Positions 59,515-64,000 of a stretch of DNA of 64,000 bases are shown piece by piece. The DNA comes from Longimicrobiales bacterium. Its GTDB lineage: Bacteria > Gemmatimonadota > Gemmatimonadetes > Longimicrobiales > Gaopeijiaceae. The stretch covers positions 352,001-416,000 of the forward strand of contig CBDFIQ010000002.1 of assembly GCA_965248195.1 (NCBI GenBank), written 5' to 3'. Positions within the stretch are counted from its first letter, which is position 1. The number at the start of each line of letters is the position of its first letter. The notes beneath the pieces were generated by a model, which was not told the DNA's origin, made no database searches, and was given only the letters and a program-made list of their open reading frames with translations. The position numbers and the translations under genes were made by a program.

Positions 59515-60786
59515 GTGAGGAGCGACCTCGAGGGTGGGTCATCGCCGGCTCCATCGGGTGCCATCAAACTCGGGTTGAGCGCGAACCGGAACCAGTTCTG
59601 GCTCCTCGTACTCATCAACGCCTTCGTGGGTGCCATGCTGGGACTGGAGCGCACCGTTCTGCCGTTGTTGGCGGAGCAGGAGTTCGGGCTCGCGTCCAGC
59701 GGTGTGGCGCTCTCCTTCCTGATCTCGTTTGGGGTCGTGAAGGCCGCCATGAATTTCTTCGCTGGGCGATTGGGAGATCTCTACGGTCGTAAGCCCATCC
59801 TGATCCTTGGCTGGCTTGTAGGAATTCCCGTTCCTTTCATGATCATGTTCGCGCCGTCCTGGGGCTGGATCATTGGGGCCAATGTATTGCTGGGCGCCAA
59901 CCAAGGACTCGCTTGGTCCACCACCGTCATCATGATGATCGATCTCGCGGGCCCCCGGCAACGGGGCCTGGCGATGGGCGTCAACGAGTTTGCAGGGTAT
60001 TTCGCGGTCGCGCTGTCGGCGCTCGGTACGGGATACATCGCGCAGGCGTTCGGGCTCCGGCCTGAGCCCTTCTACATGGGCATCGCGTTTGCGGCGGTCG
60101 GGCTGGGGCTGTCCGCGGCTTTTCTACGAGAAACACGCGGACATGCACGTGCCGAGGCCGACCCGCACGCGTCCGCCGGGGCGTCGGTCCTGAGCACTCG
60201 CGAACTTGTTGGGCTCACGCTCTGGAGGCACCCCGCACTCTCCAGTGCCAGTCAGGCCGGGCTGGTCAACAACCTGAACGACGGAGTGGCCTGGGGGCTC
60301 TTCCCGTTGTTTTTTGCGGCGTCCGGACTCGGCTTAGCCGACATCGGTTTACTGAGCTTCATTTACCCCTTCACGTGGGGGGTTCTCCAGTTGTGGACCG
60401 GTGCCTGGTCCGACCGTGTGGGGCGCAAGCGCCTGATCGCCGGAGGCATGCTGATCCAGGCGCTCGCACTGGGGGTCATCGCAATGACAAACGGGTTCGC
60501 CGGGTGGCTCGGCGCCGGCGCTCTGTTGGGGGTCGGCACGGCGATGGTATACCCCACTCTCCTAGCCGCCGTCGGAGATGTCGCCGATCCGAGCTGGCGG
60601 GGCTCGGCCGTCGGGGTCTATCGGCTGTGGCGGGACAGCGGCTATGCGGTGGGCGGTGTCATGGCCGGTACGCTCGCCGATGCCTTCGGAATGCGCACGG
60701 CGATCGGCGCGGTAGCGATTCTGACCGCGCTCTCCGGCCTTGTTGTGGCGTGGCGCATGCCGGAGACGTTGAAGCGAGTGGATTAG
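59515..60786 (+). CDS. MFS transporter
   Basis: NAFVGAMLGLERT, GRLGDLYGRK, SDRVGRK, GVYRLWRDSG; GTG start is approximate. Confidence 0.9.
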   Translation: MRSDLEGGSSPAPSGAIKLGLSANRNQFWLLVLINAFVGAMLGLERTVLPLLAEQEFGLASSGVALSFLISFGVVKAAMNFFAGRLGDLYGRKPILILGWLVGIPVPFMIMFAPSWGWIIGANVLLGANQGLAWSTTVIMMIDLAGPRQRGLAMGVNEFAGYFAVALSALGTGYIAQAFGLRPEPFYMGIAFAAVGLGLSAAFLRETRGHARAEADPHASAGASVLSTRELVGLTLWRHPALSSASQAGLVNNLNDGVAWGLFPLFFAASGLGLADIGLLSFIYPFTWGVLQLWTGAWSDRVGRKRLIAGGMLIQALALGVIAMTNGFAGWLGAGALLGVGTAMVYPTLLAAVGDVADPSWRGSAVGVYRLWRDSGYAVGGVMAGTLADAFGMRTAIGAVAILTALSGLVVAWRMPETLKRVD

Positions 60787-60877
60787 AACGCGCGGGGACC
60801 CTTTCTGCAAACGTTCTTGCACACAACATTGCTTCGTGACCGGTTTCATGACTGACCCCATCGGTCTGGGAGCAACA

Positions 60878-61858
60878 ATGACACTTCAGCGATTGATCGC
60901 TCCGCTTCTATGCTGCGTGCTCGTACTCGTCGTCGGCCGGCAAGCGAGTGCGCAGGTCGTCGACTACACCGAAGTGCCTGACTGGCCCAACCCGGCCACA
61001 TCGGCGGCCGGCACTCCTGCGGCGTGGAACTTTGGTCAGGTATCGGGAGTGGCAACCAGCGCGAACGGGTACATCCTGGTCCTGCATCGCGGCGCCCAGC
61101 CGATCATGTTGTTTGACAACGGCGGGCGGTTCGTCCGGACGTGGGGAGACGGCCTATTCAGCAACGGCAAGGTTGCGGGCATCGCGCCGGCCGATCGTGT
61201 GGCAGGGCAGTCGGGCTACACGGCCGTCTACGGGGCGGCCGGGTGCCACGCGTGCGGCGCGCACTCGGTGCGTGTCGATCCGGATGGCAACATCTGGGTG
61301 GTCGACGCGCCTGGCCACGTCGTCTATAAGATGAACCCCCAAGGGCATGTGCTGATGGAGCTTGGCTCGAAGGGTGTCGCCGGCATGAGCCGGAACACGT
61401 TCAACCTGCCGACCGACGTCGCCTTCGGCCCCAACGGCGACGTGTACGTGAGCGACGGCTACGGCAACGCCCGCGTGGTGAAATACACGGCCGACGGACA
61501 GTACACGCTCGAGTGGGGCAGCCGCGGCACCGGGCCGGGCGAGTTCGGCCTTCCACACAATCTGGTGGTTGACCGGGACGGTCGTGTCTATGTGACCGAT
61601 CGTGACAACCAGCGAGTGCAGGTGTTCGGACAAGAGGGCGAGTTCTTGACAGAGTGGCCCAATATCGGCGGAGTCTCCGCCCTGTTCATGACCGGCGAAC
61701 AGCAGATCTGGACCGGCGGCACGCTTCGGAACCTCGAGGGGGTGGCGCTGGGGAGATTGCCGGGAGGCGACGGCGGGCATGGCATGACCATGACCGACGC
61801 CGGAGAGGTGTTCGTGGCGCAGCTGGCAGGGCGCGTGCGGAAGTTTGGCCTTCCCTGA
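60878..61858 (+). CDS. Exported NHL-repeat beta-propeller (PAL-like)
   Basis: Signal peptide; FNLPTDVAF..YVSDGYGNARV, FGLPHNL..YVTDRDNQRVQVF. Confidence 0.88.
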   Translation: MTLQRLIAPLLCCVLVLVVGRQASAQVVDYTEVPDWPNPATSAAGTPAAWNFGQVSGVATSANGYILVLHRGAQPIMLFDNGGRFVRTWGDGLFSNGKVAGIAPADRVAGQSGYTAVYGAAGCHACGAHSVRVDPDGNIWVVDAPGHVVYKMNPQGHVLMELGSKGVAGMSRNTFNLPTDVAFGPNGDVYVSDGYGNARVVKYTADGQYTLEWGSRGTGPGEFGLPHNLVVDRDGRVYVTDRDNQRVQVFGQEGEFLTEWPNIGGVSALFMTGEQQIWTGGTLRNLEGVALGRLPGGDGGHGMTMTDAGEVFVAQLAGRVRKFGLP

Positions 61859-62068
61859 AGTCCCCGGGGGGGGCTAATCACGGTTTTCTTGCCTCCCCAC
61901 GTTGATCCGATCCTGGACTGTACCTGAACACAGAAGCAGGACATGACCACGCCGGCGGAGCCCATCTCCGCTACGGCGTTCGATCGGGCGGCTGAGTTGC
62001 GGTTCTGAGCGGGGCAGGGCACCATTACACGACCCGCCGGAGATCTACGACGAAAAGGGAGTCGAGTC

Positions 62069-62920
62069 ATGGGGATGGGAACGGGAAAGCCTGTTTCACG
62101 ACGGAGTGCCCTAGGTGGTATGGGAGCGGCGATGGCGCTGCCGCTGGTCGGTTCCGCCTCCCCTGTATCCTCAGCCAGGGTGGAGGGAAAGGTCGCCATA
62201 GTCACGGGCTCGGGCCGCAACCTTGGACGCGCTGGGGTGCTCGAGCTGGCCCGCCGGGGCGCGGATGTCGTCGTAAATGCGCGCACCAATAGACAGGAGG
62301 CCGAGGCCGTTGCCCGCGAAGCCGAAGCCCTGGGCGTGAGGGCACTGGCGCTGCTAGCCGACGTAGGCAATGAAGAGCAGGTCAACAGGATGGTAGACGA
62401 GGTGCTTACCCAGTTCGGCCGGGTTGACATCCTCATCAACAACGTGGGCTTTCGTCCGCTTTATCCCTTCACGGAGATAAGCACCGCCCAATGGCGAGCC
62501 GTAATGGCCGCCAACCTGGACGGACCCTTCTTCTGCGCAAAGGCCTGCGTTCCAAGCATGATCTCCAACGGAGGCGGGAGCATCGTCAACTTGTCGGGCG
62601 TTGGTTCTTTCTCGGGAGCGGCAAGGAGGTCTGCCGTGTGTGCCTCCAAGATGGGCGCTCTGGGCCTGACTCGTGCTCTTGCTGTGGAGCTCGGGCCGCA
62701 CAATATCCGGGTCAACTTAGTCGTGCCGGGAGGTTGGGATGAAGCGGCCACGAGCCTCGAGGATATGGAGCCTGAATCCCGGGGTTTGACGCGTATACCG
62801 CTGGGGCGTCTGGGGATACCGCAGGAACTCGCCAATCTATATGCGTTCCTGGCGTCCGAGGACTCCAGCTACATCACTGGCCAGACCTTCCACATCAACG
62901 GCGGTTCGGCCCGATACTAG
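62069..62920 (+). CDS. SDR-family oxidoreductase with putative Tat signal
   Basis: SRRSALGG..; VTGSGRNLG; DILINNVG; VCASK in place of YxxxK; SYITGQTFHINGG. Confidence 0.9.
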   Translation: MGMGTGKPVSRRSALGGMGAAMALPLVGSASPVSSARVEGKVAIVTGSGRNLGRAGVLELARRGADVVVNARTNRQEAEAVAREAEALGVRALALLADVGNEEQVNRMVDEVLTQFGRVDILINNVGFRPLYPFTEISTAQWRAVMAANLDGPFFCAKACVPSMISNGGGSIVNLSGVGSFSGAARRSAVCASKMGALGLTRALAVELGPHNIRVNLVVPGGWDEAATSLEDMEPESRGLTRIPLGRLGIPQELANLYAFLASEDSSYITGQTFHINGGSARY

Positions 62921-63012
62921 ATTTGCTCGCATGTGCTGGCGCACCTGCGAATCCGAATCACCGCGTGCTGAGCTCGGAGCGGCTGGGTTGTGATTGGCGT
63001 TCGCTGCGTCTT

Positions 63013-63765
63013 CTATGGCTGCGGTTGTATGACGACGCGGGCGAGACTCTGCGGGTCGGGTTGGAGTTCGTCATCTCCCGCCGGCATCCCGCCGACCGTG
63101 AGCATGTAGGCGATGACATCGGCATACTCCTGCTCAGTCAGAGAGTTCGGATTGTCTTCCGGCATCGTCGCCCGCGTGTATTCGAACAGGGTGGCAAGCG
63201 ATCTTCCCTCCCAGACGCGGAGGAACCTTGCCCGCGCCAGAGGGGGTGTGGACCGCATATCCGGATCCTCCGGAGCGCCATTCAATCTGCGGCCATGACA
63301 AATACCACAGGCGCCCGGGTACACCGCCTGGCCGCGGGTCGCCTGGGCCTCAGTGAATACACCATCCCAGACCGATACTATTGGGCCGGCCTCCTCGAGT
63401 TCCTCTAGCACCGCGGCTACTTCTTCGGTGCTCACACTGCCAAAGTCGTTCGCCCACGCGTTGCGAACGTAATTTGCCAAAAAGGAGATTTCCTCCGCGG
63501 TCAAATCAGGGAATGCAGGCATGCGCCTCCTGCCCTGGTGGATGCTGCTGACGACCCGGACAGGGTCCCCGAGCCGGTCATTGCCGCTCAAGGCTGGAAA
63601 CGTCGGTGGATCGCCGACGCCTGAGTCCTGATGGCAAAACGCGCAGTTCCCCTGGTAGAGTTGCTGCCCTTGCTCGGATAGGACCGTGTCGATTCCTTGT
63701 GGCGCAACGGCAACCGGGGCGATGACGAACGCCAGACCCACAACACCGACCACGAGCTTCAACAT
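63013..63765 (-). CDS. Diheme c-type cytochrome
   Basis: Signal peptide; CAFCH..MPAF; CGICH..TMP; linker SVWDGVFTEAQATRG. Confidence 0.9.
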   Translation of the reverse strand: MLKLVVGVVGLAFVIAPVAVAPQGIDTVLSEQGQQLYQGNCAFCHQDSGVGDPPTFPALSGNDRLGDPVRVVSSIHQGRRRMPAFPDLTAEEISFLANYVRNAWANDFGSVSTEEVAAVLEELEEAGPIVSVWDGVFTEAQATRGQAVYPGACGICHGRRLNGAPEDPDMRSTPPLARARFLRVWEGRSLATLFEYTRATMPEDNPNSLTEQEYADVIAYMLTVGGMPAGDDELQPDPQSLARVVIQPQP

Positions 63766-63801
63766 CAGAGGTTCTCTCCCATCTCGTGGAGGGGTCTTAA
63801 G

Positions 63802-64000
63802 TCAGGACCAGACATCGGCATCGGAGAGTTCCAGGTCCAAAGCGAGCTCCGCCCTTATCGTAACGTCCGTCTTCATGTCGCCGTCGCTGCGAAAGGGGAA
63901 ATATTTCTTTCCAGAAACAAAGAGCCTGTACTCGCCTTTCGGAACCCTCACCTCCGCCACGCCGCGCTCGTCTGTGAAGGTTTTGTAGGGGTGAACCACA
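63802..64000 (-). CDS. Hypothetical protein, C-terminal part (beta-sandwich-like)
   Basis: Open to the window edge: TDERGVAEVRVPKGEYRLFVS..DVWS*. Confidence 0.65.
   Translation of the reverse strand, partial: VVHPYKTFTDERGVAEVRVPKGEYRLFVSGKKYFPFRSDGDMKTDVTIRAELALDLELSDADVWS

Noticed and set aside
60806..60833. TGCAA-N6-TTGCA palindrome and a sigma-54-like TTGCAC..TTGC
   Set aside because: The arms are short and single-copy; the sigma-54 match lacks GG and its spacing is off by one.
1..64000. Many long opposite-strand or alternate-frame ORFs (e.g. 31845-34739, 47103-48653, 49739-51019, 56997-58466)
   Set aside because: They are shadows of well-supported genes in GC-rich DNA, with no family motifs.
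1..64000. CRISPR arrays, rRNA, tRNA
   Set aside because: No regularly spaced repeat-spacer pattern or recognisable RNA gene was seen by eye; a covariance-model scan would be needed to exclude small RNAs.

Overview
GC-rich bacterial chromosomal window, almost entirely protein-coding. The gene content (PadR plus duplicated orphan ABC permeases, DUF4837 lipoprotein, Ig-domain HExxH lipoprotein) suggests a Gemmatimonadota-like diderm; this is inference, not a database result. Housekeeping genes are dnaE, ahcY with a SahR-like regulator, ilvB/ilvN, hemB and hemE. Accessory modules include a CzcCBA-type metal efflux operon preceded by a His-rich small ORF ending in two RAPP motifs, an octaheme cytochrome c, a DUF4212-actP-porin-DUF1326 operon, an IS3-family element and a 33-bp palindromic insertion with an apparent 8-bp target duplication. 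Also present are a 2044-aa GH105/M14 fusion, two PadR-permease units with swapped regulator/prefix modules on a near-identical core, a toxin-antitoxin patch, a cysteine synthase-rhodanese/MBL/MFS sulfur module and a Tat-signal SDR lacking the catalytic Tyr. I saw no rRNA, tRNA or CRISPR array. The best candidates for an undescribed system are the His-rich double-RAPP leader on a metal exporter, the modular PadR/prefix-domain permease array, and the giant GH105-M14 fusion. Product calls come from motif recognition by eye and many starts were re-picked by hand. A few anomalies look like single-base errors or pseudogene decay and need checking against reads.
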